Position numbers and translations under genes: made by a program. From Bacillota bacterium (GTDB taxonomy: Bacteria > Bacillota > Clostridia > Christensenellales > CAG-138), in assembly GCA_023399275.1 (NCBI GenBank), contig JAEWQH010000096.1, forward strand, positions 2,190-66,189: a stretch of 64,000 nt of DNA, given 5' to 3'. Below the pieces are notes generated by a model, which was given only the letters and a program-made list of their open reading frames with translations, was not told the origin of the DNA and did not search any database. Positions 1 through 9,492 of this stretch are shown here, one piece after another; position 1 is the stretch's first letter; every line of letters begins with the position of its first letter.

Positions 1-939
1 TTGGAGAGATGCCGGTTGAATTCGCAGGCTTCCAGAACGGTCTCGATGCCGTTTCGGTATTCGACCCGGATGTTGTTGCGGCGCGACGGGGGTATGCGCT
101 TGCCGAGCACGGTCGCAAAGCGCCCGTCCGGCACATCGTCCGGCAGATCCCCCGCGCCCGCGGCGATGATGTACTCCGTAAAGCCTTTATTCTGCGGCAG
201 CGTAAGCGCCTGAGAAAGCTCCTCCTTGGTCAGCGGCTCGGATTCCACCACGACGGTGCGATCCGGCAGTATGCCGTAGCGAAAGGGGCGCGTCTCGCCG
301 GATGCGTCCACGATCCCGGCCTTTCGATACCTGCCGTTGTTGGAGCAGACCAGTGCGTCGATCGTACCTTGGCCCCCGTCCGCAATCAACTGCGTGCGAA
401 GCTTGGCGCGCGGCAAAACGCGCGAGGCGGAGCGCAGCATGTGCCGCGCGGCGTCCGCAGAGGTAAACTTCCCCGCCCACGCGCCCGGCGCGATTAAAAT
501 CCGCCTGCACTGCGCGCCTTTTTCGCAAACCTCCGGTTCGGCGCCGCGGATGCACATGCTCCCGTAGGCGGCGTCCCCGCCCGTGACGCTCCCATCCGGC
601 TGCACGCTGCCGAGATACTCTACTTTGCTGCACTTCTCGACGAGGTTGTTCTGGATAAACGGGCGGTAGATGGTCAGGTACGACAGCAGCACTGGCTTAT
701 GCCCCAGCTGCGCAAACAGCGCCTTGCCGACCTTGAGCGGGAGGTTGGAAAACATGCAAATATACGCGGATTCGCTCTCCGCCGCGCCCACGTCGTCCCA
801 TGCGCCGAAGAGCGTCGCCCCTGCGGCATACGTCAGGGGCACCTCGGAAAAGACGATCTGCCAGCACGATTCCGGCGTCAGAGCGGAGTCGCCGGTCATC
901 GCAAAGCGCAGACCGAGCGAGAACTTGGAGTATTCCATG
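1..939 (-). CDS. Glycerate kinase-family protein with ~145-aa N-terminal domain of unknown function (N-terminal 313 aa; gene runs off the left edge)
   Basis: Absent from the ORF track because no stop lies in the window. Hand translation of the reverse strand from ATG 939-937 (MEYSKFSLGLRFAMTGDSAL...) stays open to base 1. From residue ~147 it reads ILIAPGAWAGKFTSADAARHML...LIADGGQGTIDAL...EYRNGIETVLEACEFNRHL. This follows the class-I glycerate kinase pattern (IAPDSFKGSLSA...ADGGEGT...GIE.V..AL.LE). Confidence 0.7.
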
Positions 940-979
940 CGGTGTATCCTCCTGAGGCTGCGACTTTGCGCGCCTCGTG

Positions 980-2899
980 CTAATCTTCTTCCCCGGCGTC
1001 CAGCGCCTGCAGCGCCACTTCCGCCTGCTCCCATTCACCATAGCAGGCTTCCACGCGCCGCCGCTGCACCTCCAGCCGGTCGTAGGCGGCCTTTGCCTCC
1101 GCAAAGTCGCCTGCCAGCTGCGGGTCAAAGGCTGCGTCCTCCAGCGCCTTGAGCGCTGCTTCTTCCGCGTGAACGCGTTCCTCCGCCTTGCGCAGGGCGG
1201 CCTTCGCCTTCGTCAGCGCGGCGCGCCTCTCCTTGGCGAGCAGATAGTCGTTTTTTGCGGGCGGCGCCTCCTTGGCCTTTGGAGCGGCGCTCTCGGACAG
1301 AAACGCCTTGTATGCGTCCCAGTCGCCCTCAAAATCGCGGATGCCATCTTCATCCATGATGATGATCCGGTCGGCGATCCGGTTTGCGAGGTAGCGGTCG
1401 TGCGTTACGATCAGCATCGTACCGCCGTAGTCGCTCAGCGCGTTCTCCAGCGCCTCGCAGGACGGGATGTCGAGATGGTTGGTCGGCTCGTCGAGAAAGA
1501 GCACGTTGCTGCCGCCAAGCATCAACCGCAGCAGCTGGATGCGCGCATACTCGCCGCCCGAGAGGTCGCTCATGCGCTTAAATACGTCGTCCCCGCAAAA
1601 GAGAAATGTGCCCAGCAGGTTTCTCAGCTGCCGTGTGTCGTAGCGCGGAAAGCTCGCGTTGAGCGCCTCGAGCACGGTGCGCGGGTCGTTTGGACGGACG
1701 GTGCCTTGCTCATAGTAGCCTGCGTGCACGTTGGAGCCGAGTTTATAGCTGCCCGTGTCGGGCTCGATCTTGTTGGTCAGGATCCGCAGCAGCGTGGTCT
1801 TGCCGCAGCCATTTGCGCCCAGCAGGCAGACGCGTTCATCCCGGCGGATCATCAGATTCAGGCTGCGGAAGATCTCCCGGACTCCAAAGCGCTTGCTCAG
1901 GTCTTTGCAGACGACGACCTCGTTTGCCGTCAGTGCGTCCGCGCGGAGGCGAAAGCGGATTTCCTGCGGCCCCTCTTCCGGCTTGACCAGCGTGCTTTTG
2001 ATACGCTCGATCTGCTTTTCCTTGGAAGCGATGGTCACGTAGTTGCGTGCCTGGTTCCAGCGGCGCTGCTGTTCGATGATGCCCTCGATGCGCTTGATCT
2101 CGCGCAGCGCATTTTGATACTTGCGCATGGCGAACTCCCGCTCATCCAGCTTTTTTTCCATAGACTGGCTGTAGTTGCCGGCGTATACATGCACAGAGCC
2201 GCTCTCCAGCTCAAAGATGCGATTGCAGACCTTGTCGAGAAAATAGCGGTCGTGGGAAATGAGCACAAAAGCCCCGCGAAACGAGGCGAGGTATGCCTCC
2301 AGCCATTCCAGCGAAGCGATGTCGAGATGGTTGGTCGGTTCGTCGAGCAGCAGCAGATCCGCATCCGACATCAGTATCTTTGCCAGCGCGGCCTTTCGCA
2401 TCTGCCCGCCGCTCATGACCGATACGGGGCTTGCGAGCTGCACTTCAGAGAAACCGAGGCCAAGCAGGGTCGAGCGCGTCCGCGCGCGGTAGGTCAGCCC
2501 GCCGCCGCTCTGGTAGCGTTCCTGCAGATCCGCCTGCCTGCGGATGAGCGCCTCGCTTGCGCCTTCGCGCTCGATGCGTTGTGCGATATCGCGCAGTGCG
2601 CGCTCCGCCTCCATCCACTTGCCGGAGGCTTCGAGCACCGCCTCGTAGAGCGTCTGCCCGGGCCGCCAATCGGGCGATTGATCCAGCATGGCTAAGGTTG
2701 CGTTTTTCGATACGGAAAGCTGGCCGCGGCCGTCGTGCGGCTCGGTTCCGGCGATCATGCGCATCAGCGTGCTCTTGCCGCAGCCGTTGACCCCGACGAG
2801 GCCCACGTGATCCTGCGCGAACACATCGAAAGCGACTTGTGAAAATAAGGTTCGTTCTCCGAAGCTCTTTTCAAGCTCCTGCGCGTGAATCAGCGACAT
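980..2899 (-). CDS. ABC-F family ATPase (tandem ABC cassettes, no membrane domain)
   Basis: ORF 980..2914. Two Walker A sites (GVNGCGKST, GANGCGKTT), two signature motifs (MSGGQ, LSGGE), two LLLDEPTNHLD-type Walker B sites and a C-terminal coiled-coil tail. ATG at 2899 with GGAG 9 nt upstream is preferred over TTG at 2914. Confidence 0.9.
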   Translation of the reverse strand: MSLIHAQELEKSFGERTLFSQVAFDVFAQDHVGLVGVNGCGKSTLMRMIAGTEPHDGRGQLSVSKNATLAMLDQSPDWRPGQTLYEAVLEASGKWMEAERALRDIAQRIEREGASEALIRRQADLQERYQSGGGLTYRARTRSTLLGLGFSEVQLASPVSVMSGGQMRKAALAKILMSDADLLLLDEPTNHLDIASLEWLEAYLASFRGAFVLISHDRYFLDKVCNRIFELESGSVHVYAGNYSQSMEKKLDEREFAMRKYQNALREIKRIEGIIEQQRRWNQARNYVTIASKEKQIERIKSTLVKPEEGPQEIRFRLRADALTANEVVVCKDLSKRFGVREIFRSLNLMIRRDERVCLLGANGCGKTTLLRILTNKIEPDTGSYKLGSNVHAGYYEQGTVRPNDPRTVLEALNASFPRYDTRQLRNLLGTFLFCGDDVFKRMSDLSGGEYARIQLLRLMLGGSNVLFLDEPTNHLDIPSCEALENALSDYGGTMLIVTHDRYLANRIADRIIIMDEDGIRDFEGDWDAYKAFLSESAAPKAKEAPPAKNDYLLAKERRAALTKAKAALRKAEERVHAEEAALKALEDAAFDPQLAGDFAEAKAAYDRLEVQRRRVEACYGEWEQAEVALQALDAGEED

Positions 2900-3132
2900 C
2901 TTGCATTTCTCCAATAATCAGACAGATTATTTTACCATAGTGCGCTTCCATTTGCAAAAGCGGCGAGGGCGAGCAAAACGAACCTGCTGTAAACAAGGCG
3001 TTCAACTTTTTGTTACATTTTGCCGGCCGAGTTTTGAAAAAGTTCAAATCAATTCAGCCGCTCACGCGGTATAATGAAATCAACAAGCGGGGTCAAGTGT
3101 GTTGTGCACGTTTGATCGAGCCCGCCGGATGT

Positions 3133-4461
3133 ATGATTTGTGAGGTGTTTCTATTGCATACGCCGCGACTGCCCTCGGGCAAACAGCAAAAGCATGTGTT
3201 TCCCCGCTCCGCGCGCACCTGGATTCTGACCATTGCGGGCGGCTGCGTGATTGCGTTTCTCGTTCTGCCGCTGGCGATCGATTATTTCTCCGGTGCCAAC
3301 GCGGTCGCCATCGTTGCGGATCGCGCCGTACTCGAAGCGACGCCAACGCCCATTCCCTTCAGCGCGGATGTGCTCGCGCCGACCTCGTGCGCCGTCAGCA
3401 CGCCGGAACCCGCGGAGCAGACCTCCGCAGGCGCTATGGTTTCCCAGTATACGCTGCTGCAGGAAAACGACGATTACCCGACCGTGTCGCAGCTGCAAAA
3501 CCGGCTCATCGAGCTGGGTTATCTCGACTCGGACGAGCCAACAACCGTGTTTACACCGGCTACGACCGTTGCGGTATCGCTCTTTCAGCGGACGATCAAT
3601 GCGCCGATGGACGGCATCGCCACCGGCGAATTACAGGAGTATCTCTTCAGCGCGGAAGCCAAATCCTACGAGATCAAACTTGGCGACAGCGGGACCGATG
3701 TGGAGAGTATGCAGTCCCGTCTCAACGAGCTGGGTTATTATGAAGATAAGATCAACGGTTATTTCGGCGTTGCGACCGAGGAGGGACTGCGCGCTTTTCA
3801 AACGAAGAACAAACTGAGTGTAGACGGCGTCTTCAGCGTAGACGACCGCGATCTGCTCTACTCGCCCGACGCGCGGCCGAAGATCGACCCGACGCCTACG
3901 CCCTCGCCAAAGCCAACGCCGAAGCCGACCAAGAAGCCAAGCTCGACCAAGAAGCCTTCGGAGACGTCTTCCGGCGGCTCCACGGCAACCGACTCCGGCG
4001 GAAGCTCCTCCACCGAGGCGCCGGCCGCCACGGAAGCGCCCGCAAGCGGCGGAGAGAGCAGTTACAATGCGTCCTACAGCGCGGACGGACTGATCTCCGT
4101 TGCGAGCGCCATGCTTGGCAAGCCATACTCCTGGTCGGAAGAAAGCCCATCTAAGGGATTCGATTGCTCCGGGCTCGTCTATTTCTCGCTTCGCACCTGC
4201 GGCGTAAGCACCAGCCGCTACAGCGCGGCGGGCTTCTCCTCGGTGAGCAAGTGGACGGAGATTACCTCGATCAGCGACCTGCAAAAGGGCGATCTGGTCT
4301 TCTTTAAGAACGATACATCCTCCAACGTGAGCCATACCGGCATCTATGCCGGCGGCGGGAAGTTCATCCACGCCTCATCCAGCTCCGGCAAGGTGATCAC
4401 CAGCTCGATCTCGACCGCCTACTGGACGCGCAACTTTATCAACGGCAGGCGCGTGTTCTGA
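3133..4461 (+). CDS. Membrane-anchored cell-wall hydrolase: 2x peptidoglycan-binding repeats + NlpC/P60 (C40) peptidase
   Basis: ORF 3010..4461. It has a TM helix (WILTIAGGCVIAFLVLPLAI), PG_binding_1-like repeats (LQNRLIELGYLD..., MQSRLNELGYYE...), a P/T/S/K linker, and an NlpC/P60 core (GFDCSGLVYF...SHTGIY...IHAS). Start uncertain: ATG 3133 or TTG 3154 (GAGGTG upstream). Confidence 0.85.
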   Translation: MICEVFLLHTPRLPSGKQQKHVFPRSARTWILTIAGGCVIAFLVLPLAIDYFSGANAVAIVADRAVLEATPTPIPFSADVLAPTSCAVSTPEPAEQTSAGAMVSQYTLLQENDDYPTVSQLQNRLIELGYLDSDEPTTVFTPATTVAVSLFQRTINAPMDGIATGELQEYLFSAEAKSYEIKLGDSGTDVESMQSRLNELGYYEDKINGYFGVATEEGLRAFQTKNKLSVDGVFSVDDRDLLYSPDARPKIDPTPTPSPKPTPKPTKKPSSTKKPSETSSGGSTATDSGGSSSTEAPAATEAPASGGESSYNASYSADGLISVASAMLGKPYSWSEESPSKGFDCSGLVYFSLRTCGVSTSRYSAAGFSSVSKWTEITSISDLQKGDLVFFKNDTSSNVSHTGIYAGGGKFIHASSSSGKVITSSISTAYWTRNFINGRRVF

Positions 4462-4462
4462 T

Positions 4463-5341
4463 ATGGGCGCGTGTCTGCTTTGCCCCCGCGCGTGCGGCGC
4501 GGAGCGTTCGACTGCGCGCGGATACTGCGGCGCGGACGCTTTGCCGCGCGTGGCGAAGGTCATGCTGCATCGCTGGGAGGAGCCGTTTATCAGTGGCACG
4601 CGCGGCTCCGGCGCAGTTTTTTTCTCGGGCTGTAACCTCGGTTGCGTCTACTGCCAGAACCATGCGATCCGCGACGGAGGCGTCGGCGAGATATACGATG
4701 AGGACGCGCTGGCAGAAGCCTATCTTGCGCTTGAAGAGAGCGGCGCGCACAATATCAATCTCGTCACCGCCGCGCCCTACGTGCCGCAGGTGGCGCAGAG
4801 CCTTCGCCGCGCAAAGGCGCGCGGGCTGACGCTCCCCGTCGTATACAACTCCAGCGGATATGAGCGCACGGAGGCGATCGACCAGCTCGACGGACTTGTG
4901 GACGTCTATCTGCCGGACTGGAAGTATGCCTCCCCCCTGCTTGCGCAAAAATTCTCCAACGCGCCGGACTATGCGCAGGTCGCTTCGGAGGCAATCGCGC
5001 GGATGCACCGCCAGGTCGGCGATCTGGATCTGGATGAAAACGGGCTTGCGCGGCGCGGACTTGCCGTTCGCCACCTGATTCTGCCGGGCTGCGCAGACGA
5101 CTCGCGCCGCGTGCTGGACGAAATGGCCCGCCTGCTGCCCGCCTGCACGCACATCTCCCTCATGAGCCAGTATACGCCTCAGCCGTATACAACCGAGTTC
5201 CCGCTCAACCGCAAAATCACGAAGCGGGAGTATGATCGCGTGATCTCGTATGCACTGTCGCTCGGCCTATACAACATATTGATTCAGCAGAGGGACTCCG
5301 CCGAGGCGCACTACACACCAGAGTTCACAAAACAGATATAA
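4463..5341 (+). CDS. Radical SAM protein, PflX-like (homolog of pyruvate formate-lyase activating enzymes)
   Basis: CNLGCVYCQN (CxxxCxxC) cluster motif near the N-terminus. Length and layout fit the COG1313-type family. The ATG lies 1 nt after the stop of the upstream hydrolase gene. Confidence 0.75.
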   Translation: MGACLLCPRACGAERSTARGYCGADALPRVAKVMLHRWEEPFISGTRGSGAVFFSGCNLGCVYCQNHAIRDGGVGEIYDEDALAEAYLALEESGAHNINLVTAAPYVPQVAQSLRRAKARGLTLPVVYNSSGYERTEAIDQLDGLVDVYLPDWKYASPLLAQKFSNAPDYAQVASEAIARMHRQVGDLDLDENGLARRGLAVRHLILPGCADDSRRVLDEMARLLPACTHISLMSQYTPQPYTTEFPLNRKITKREYDRVISYALSLGLYNILIQQRDSAEAHYTPEFTKQI

Positions 5342-5369
5342 ATTTGACACAATCCGCGCATAGATTTGC

Positions 5370-5398
5370 TTGCAATTGCATAATTCGGGTGTTATACT
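5370..5398 (+). promoter_or_regulatory. Sigma-A-type promoter, TTGCAA-17-TATACT with TGn extended -10
   Basis: TTGCAA at 5370-5375, 17-nt spacer, TGT-TATACT at 5390-5398. No protein-coding gene follows on this strand. Confidence 0.6.
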
Positions 5399-5404
5399 CA
5401 GACC

Positions 5405-5586
5405 ATAGAAGTTAATCAGTTTCCGTCCGTTATGTTCGTTTTTTCATTACCGATTTCCTCCTTAAACCGCGTAACCGAACTACTACGTAACTTCATAATC
5501 ACTTTCTGGTGGATAGGGCACCATCGGAAAGGCTTGACGGACGGAAAGTACAAAGGAGCCAAGAAATTGGCTCCTTGTCTATTTTT
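5405..5586 (+). ncRNA. Candidate small RNA (~180 nt), family not recognised
   Basis: Bounded by the promoter above and an intrinsic terminator. A perfect 11-bp long-range helix (5420-5430 TTTCCGTCCGT with 5537-5547 ACGGACGGAAA) encloses an AU-rich 70-nt segment containing UUUCCUCCUU (5454-5463) and an 11-bp hairpin (5502-5512/5521-5531, 2 G-U pairs). The only ORF here (5432..5647) lacks an RBS and reads through the terminator. Confidence 0.4.
5553..5586 (+). terminator. Rho-independent terminator
   Basis: AAGGAGCC-aagaaatt-GGCTCCTT hairpin followed by GTCTATTTTT. Confidence 0.7.
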
Positions 5587-5724
5587 GGCCAGCCGTTTGA
5601 ACCTGCCTTCCTTTTTCGGTCTTGCTCATCAGCCAAGCAATCAATAGATTGTCGGCTCTGTTTTGGTTTGGAATCGAAATCGACGATTCGTTCGGCAATT
5701 TTGATGAAGATGCCGCGCAAGCGG

Positions 5725-6192
5725 CTAAGAGATCGACATCACCATAAGGAGGCACGGGTTTTCCGGGTCCCAAAGCTCCGGCAGCACCTCCAGCTTGCGA
5801 AAACCGAGCGACTCATAGAACATCCGGGTGTCGTCATATTCGCGATAATGCCCGGCATCGACGGTCTTCACGTGCAAAAACTCATATCCCTGTGATCGTG
5901 CAGACGATAACATCACTGCAAATAACGCCTTGCCGACGCCCGATCTGTGATGCGCTTTTTTCACGCCCATCACATTCAGCTCCGCGGCATATAGGCTCGT
6001 CTCTTTGATGGCGATAAACCCGACGGATTCACCGAAAACCTCATAGACCCAAAGCGGCATCTTTGCGCACTCTCTAATGTAGTTTTCGGTGTATTCGGGG
6101 ATTCCGAACCATTCCGGCAGGTCGAGCAAGACTTCGCTCGCGATTGCGGAACGCTCGTCCGGCGATTCAACAAAGCGAATCGTGCCGCTCAT
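5725..6192 (-). CDS. GNAT family N-acetyltransferase
   Basis: 155 aa. Acetyl-CoA binding motif HHRSGVGKALF (R/Q-x-x-G-x-G/A). The ATG overlaps the stop of the upstream ROK gene (ATGA). Confidence 0.85.
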   Translation of the reverse strand: MSGTIRFVESPDERSAIASEVLLDLPEWFGIPEYTENYIRECAKMPLWVYEVFGESVGFIAIKETSLYAAELNVMGVKKAHHRSGVGKALFAVMLSSARSQGYEFLHVKTVDAGHYREYDDTRMFYESLGFRKLEVLPELWDPENPCLLMVMSIS

Positions 6193-7135
6193 CTTTGACG
6201 ATGGAGCATCGCCGCGCCGACGATGCCCGCGTCGTTTTTCATCTCTGCGGTCACGATCTTTGCATGATTTTTAAAGAAAGCATACTTCTTCGCGTATTCG
6301 CGGATCGGTGCGAGCAAAAATTCACCATCGTTGCTCACGCCGCCGCCAAAGGCGATGATCTCCGGGTCAAACAGGGCGATCGCCGTGCAGGCCGTCGCAC
6401 CCAGATAATCGGTAAAGCGGTTATACACTTCTATCGAGACTGCGTCGCCTTCGCGCGCGCAGTCCATCACGAGTTTCGCGTTGATGCGTGACAGGTCGCC
6501 CTGTGTGCGCCGGTACATGGCGCTCTCTGGGTGCGCACCGGCAGCCTTGCGCCCCTCGCGCACGAGAGCCGCAGCCGAACAGTATGCCTCGATGCATCCG
6601 CGCTGACCGCAGGTGCAGGGTTCGCCGCCAAACTGCAGCACCGCGTGCCCGAACTCAAATCCGTTTTTCTTACCGCCGATGAAGATCTTACCGTCCTGCA
6701 CCAGCCCGCCGCCGATGCCGGTGCCGATGGTGATCAGCAGCCCGGAAGAGCATTCGCGAAACGCTCCGCCGTAATATTCGGCGAGCGCGGCCGCATTTGC
6801 ATCGTTTTCCACATAAACCGTAACGCCCGGATAACGCGCACCGACCAGCTCGCAGAGCGGAAAATCATGGTAATCGAGGTTGTGCGCGTCTATGACCGCG
6901 CCGCGGTCATAATCGATGCTGCCGGGCACGGCGAGACCGATAGACGAGATCTGCTCCATCGAGAGACTGCTCTGCGTCAGCAGATCGTCGATGAGCGACT
7001 GGATCGTATCGATGGAATCCAGCGGCTTTCCCGTGTGCGGGAACGGAAGTGATTTTTTGCTAATGAGCCAGTAGTCTTCGTTTATAATGCCGGCGGCGAT
7101 CTTGCTCCCGCCGATATCCACGCCAATGCTATACA
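6189..7135 (-). CDS. ROK family sugar kinase (glucokinase-like)
   Basis: MYSIGVDIGGSKIAAG N-terminal ATP-binding motif and CTCGQRGCIEAY zinc motif typical of ROK kinases. Start moved to ATG 7135, which has GGAGGAG upstream; the ORF-track start at 7229 is an unlikely extension. Confidence 0.85.
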
Positions 7136-7174
7136 TGCTGTCTCCTCCTGATGCTTCTTGCGGCGGCCCGGAGA

Positions 7175-7975
7175 CTACCGGGCTAAAACAAACTGTTCGA
7201 TAAATATGGCGACGCCGTCCTCGTCGCAAGCCGGCACGATAAGGTCGGCAACGGACTTCACTTCATCCTCCGCGTTTGCAACGCATACGCCGAGGCCCGC
7301 CCACTCGATCATCTCCTGATCCAGAAAATTGTCCCCAACTGCGGCCGTATGCTCGCGCGGGATGTGAAGCAGGCCGGCAAGCTCTTCGAGCGCGGACGCC
7401 TTCGTAACGCCGAGACAGTTGATCTCGATAAATCCCGGGTTGGAACGCGAGACCTGTGCAACGCCGGCAAAGCGCGCCTTATACGCTGCAAACAGCTCAT
7501 CCTGCCGCTCGTCTGGCGCCAGCGCGAGGATCTTGGGCACGTTGTGAAACGACTTTTTACGAATATCCGGATCGACGACGAGCGGAAGGCCGTGCCGCTG
7601 CACATAGCGCTCGGCGCGCGCATTCGTTCGCTCGAGCACCACCGCATCGTCCACGTAGATCTGCGCGGAAACGTCGATCTCGGCCGAGTAGTCCAGCACC
7701 GCACGGATCGTCTCCGGCGGCAATTCATGCAGCACGAGCGCGCGCTCGGTGTCGATATCCGCGATCATGGCGCCGCCATACTGGATAGAGGGGCCGTGCA
7801 GATCCAGTGCGCTCCAGATCGGGCGGGTTGCGATGCGCCCCCGTCCGGTCGCGATGACCACATGCACGCCGGCCTCCTGCGCGTGCCGGATGGCGAGCCG
7901 GTTTCGCTCGCTGACGCTGCCTGCGCGGCTGGTCAGCGTGTCGTCGATATCCAACGCGATAAGTTTGATCTCCAT
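7175..7975 (-). CDS. Cof-type HAD-IIB family phosphatase
   Basis: MEIKLIALDIDDTLT (DxDxT nucleophile motif), ATGR, GDNFLD. Start moved to ATG 7975. Confidence 0.85.
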   Translation of the reverse strand: MEIKLIALDIDDTLTSRAGSVSERNRLAIRHAQEAGVHVVIATGRGRIATRPIWSALDLHGPSIQYGGAMIADIDTERALVLHELPPETIRAVLDYSAEIDVSAQIYVDDAVVLERTNARAERYVQRHGLPLVVDPDIRKKSFHNVPKILALAPDERQDELFAAYKARFAGVAQVSRSNPGFIEINCLGVTKASALEELAGLLHIPREHTAAVGDNFLDQEMIEWAGLGVCVANAEDEVKSVADLIVPACDEDGVAIFIEQFVLAR

Positions 7976-8027
7976 CAAATCTCCGAAATCTCCCGTTCGT
8001 TTGCCCTGCCAAAGGCCTGTGCAAGCG

Positions 8028-9269
8028 TTATCGAATCTGCCCCGATCCGCGAACGGCATACTTGACCGTCGTCAGTTCGTCCAGTCCCATCGGCCCGCGC
8101 GCATGCAGCTTTTGCGTGCTGATGCCGATCTCCGCGCCAAAGCCGAACTCCTCCCCGTCCGTAAAACGTGTGGAGGCGTTTACGTAGACCGCGGCCGAGT
8201 TGACCAGGTTGAGGAAGCGCTCCGCCGTGTCGTAGCGGCCGGTGACAATCGCATCACTGTGGTGCGTACCGTAGGTTTCGATGTGCGCCACCGCCTCGTC
8301 GAACGAATTGACAACCTTGACGGAGAGGATCAGATCATTGTATTCCGTAGACCAGTCCGCCTCCTCCGCTTCCTTTGCGCCCGGCATCAGCGCCGCGGCG
8401 CGCGGATCACAGCGCAGCTCCACGCCGCGCGCGTATAAGCGCTGCGCGATCTGCGGCAAACAGGCGGATGCGACGCTGGCGTGCACCAGCAGCGTCTCCG
8501 CCGCATTGCAGACGGACGGACGTGAACATTTTGCGTTTTCGATGATGTCCGCCGCCATCGAAAGATCGGCGCTTTCATCGATATAGACATGGCAGACGCC
8601 AACACCGGTCTCGATGACAGGTACGGTCGCCTGCTGCACGACGCTTTGAATCAGGCCCTGTCCGCCGCGTGGGATGAGCACGTCGATCAGGCCGTTGAGC
8701 TGCATCATTTCATTTGCCGCCGCGCGGTCCGTATCGCGCAGCAACTGGATCGCGCCATCGGGGATTCCGCTCTTGACCGCGGCTGCGTTGAGTGCGTCGC
8801 AGATGGCGGCGTTGCTTTGCAGCGCTTCGCTGCCGCCGCGCAGCACGCAGGCGTTTCCGCTCTTGACGCAAAGCGCGATCGCATCCGCCGTTACGTTTGG
8901 GCGCGCTTCATAGATGATGCCGATCACGCCGAGCGGTACGCGCCGCTTTTCGATGCGCAGCCCATTGGGGCGAACGGCGACATGGTCGCTCTTGCCGATC
9001 GGATCCGGCAGCAGAGCGACCTTTTGCATGCCGACCGCCATACTCTCGATCCGCTTTTGGTCGAGCGTCAGCCGGTCGATAAACGATGCTTTGACTCCGC
9101 GCTGGCGCGCAAGGCGCACATCCTCCGCGTTTGCCGCCAGAATATCGGCTGCGGCGGCAAGCAGAGCGGTTGCTATTTCGTTGAGCGCATCGTTGCGCGT
9201 TTGCGCAGATGTGATCGCGAGCTTGCCGGATGCGGCTTTTGCGCGCTGCGCCAGATCTCGAACCGTCAT
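8028..9269 (-). CDS. proA: Gamma-glutamyl phosphate reductase
   Basis: About 413 aa aldehyde-dehydrogenase fold with typical ProA blocks (IYEARPNVT, VLRGGSEA, CNAAETLLVH, STRFTDG). Start at ATG 9269 (MTVRDLAQRAKAAS). Confidence 0.92.
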   Translation of the reverse strand: MTVRDLAQRAKAASGKLAITSAQTRNDALNEIATALLAAAADILAANAEDVRLARQRGVKASFIDRLTLDQKRIESMAVGMQKVALLPDPIGKSDHVAVRPNGLRIEKRRVPLGVIGIIYEARPNVTADAIALCVKSGNACVLRGGSEALQSNAAICDALNAAAVKSGIPDGAIQLLRDTDRAAANEMMQLNGLIDVLIPRGGQGLIQSVVQQATVPVIETGVGVCHVYIDESADLSMAADIIENAKCSRPSVCNAAETLLVHASVASACLPQIAQRLYARGVELRCDPRAAALMPGAKEAEEADWSTEYNDLILSVKVVNSFDEAVAHIETYGTHHSDAIVTGRYDTAERFLNLVNSAAVYVNASTRFTDGEEFGFGAEIGISTQKLHARGPMGLDELTTVKYAVRGSGQIR

Positions 9270-9296
9270 GGGCGTATCCCTCCAAACTTTCCAAAC

Positions 9297-9325
9297 ATTA
9301 TATCGTATGTCCCGCGGAATCACAA
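9297..9325 (-). promoter_or_regulatory. Sigma-A-type promoter for proA, TTGTGA-17-TATAAT
   Basis: Reverse strand reads TTGTGA (9325-9320), 17-nt spacer, TATAAT (9302-9297), about 28 nt before the proA ATG. Confidence 0.55.
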
Positions 9326-9492
9326 GCTGAAAACCCGGCTGCTTTCGCATCGAAGCAATGGGAAGATATCCAAGCTGGATTCACAGATTTTGTTGCAGAT
9401 CAGTTTGTATATGCCTGCGGACACGCTTATCTTGCGCGCACGCAAATTCTTATGATATAATGCCTTGATTTAGACAATGGGGAGGTTTGGTT

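Noticed and set aside
977-2695. Very long ORFs antisense to real genes. Examples: 977..2695 +, 12990..14486 +, 14323..16224 +, 30737..32026 +, 46484..48199 +, 49015..50055 +, 59359..60969 +.
   Set aside because: Each is the mirror frame of a gene with unmistakable homology (ABC-F, ABC exporter, sdaA, flippase, lepA, NlpC/P60, prfC). Their translations are R/A/G/H-rich low-complexity with no motifs or RBS. This is the usual stop-codon-poor antisense artefact of high-GC DNA.
2915-3132. c-di-AMP (ydaO-type) riboswitch, which often precedes NlpC/P60 hydrolase genes. Checked upstream of both paralogs (also 50005..50230).
   Set aside because: Neither leader shows the conserved ydaO blocks I remember (the paired pseudo-symmetric ACGGGGA/CCCGA-type motifs). 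Both are short and AT-rich with promoter-like elements only.
5430-5463. Minus-strand mini-ORF MKKRT* (5447..5430) preceded by a perfect AAGGAGG (5463-5457), resembling a leader peptide.
   Set aside because: Nothing lies downstream on that strand except the convergent end of the radical SAM gene, and no promoter is seen for it. The CCTCC is more simply part of the plus-strand sRNA candidate.
9270-9486. T-box leader upstream of proA (proBA operons in Firmicutes are often T-box regulated).
   Set aside because: The TTGTGA-17-TATAAT promoter sits only about 28 nt from the start codon. There is no room for, and no sign of, a specifier loop or the T-box 14-mer (AATTAGGGTGGTACCGCG-like).
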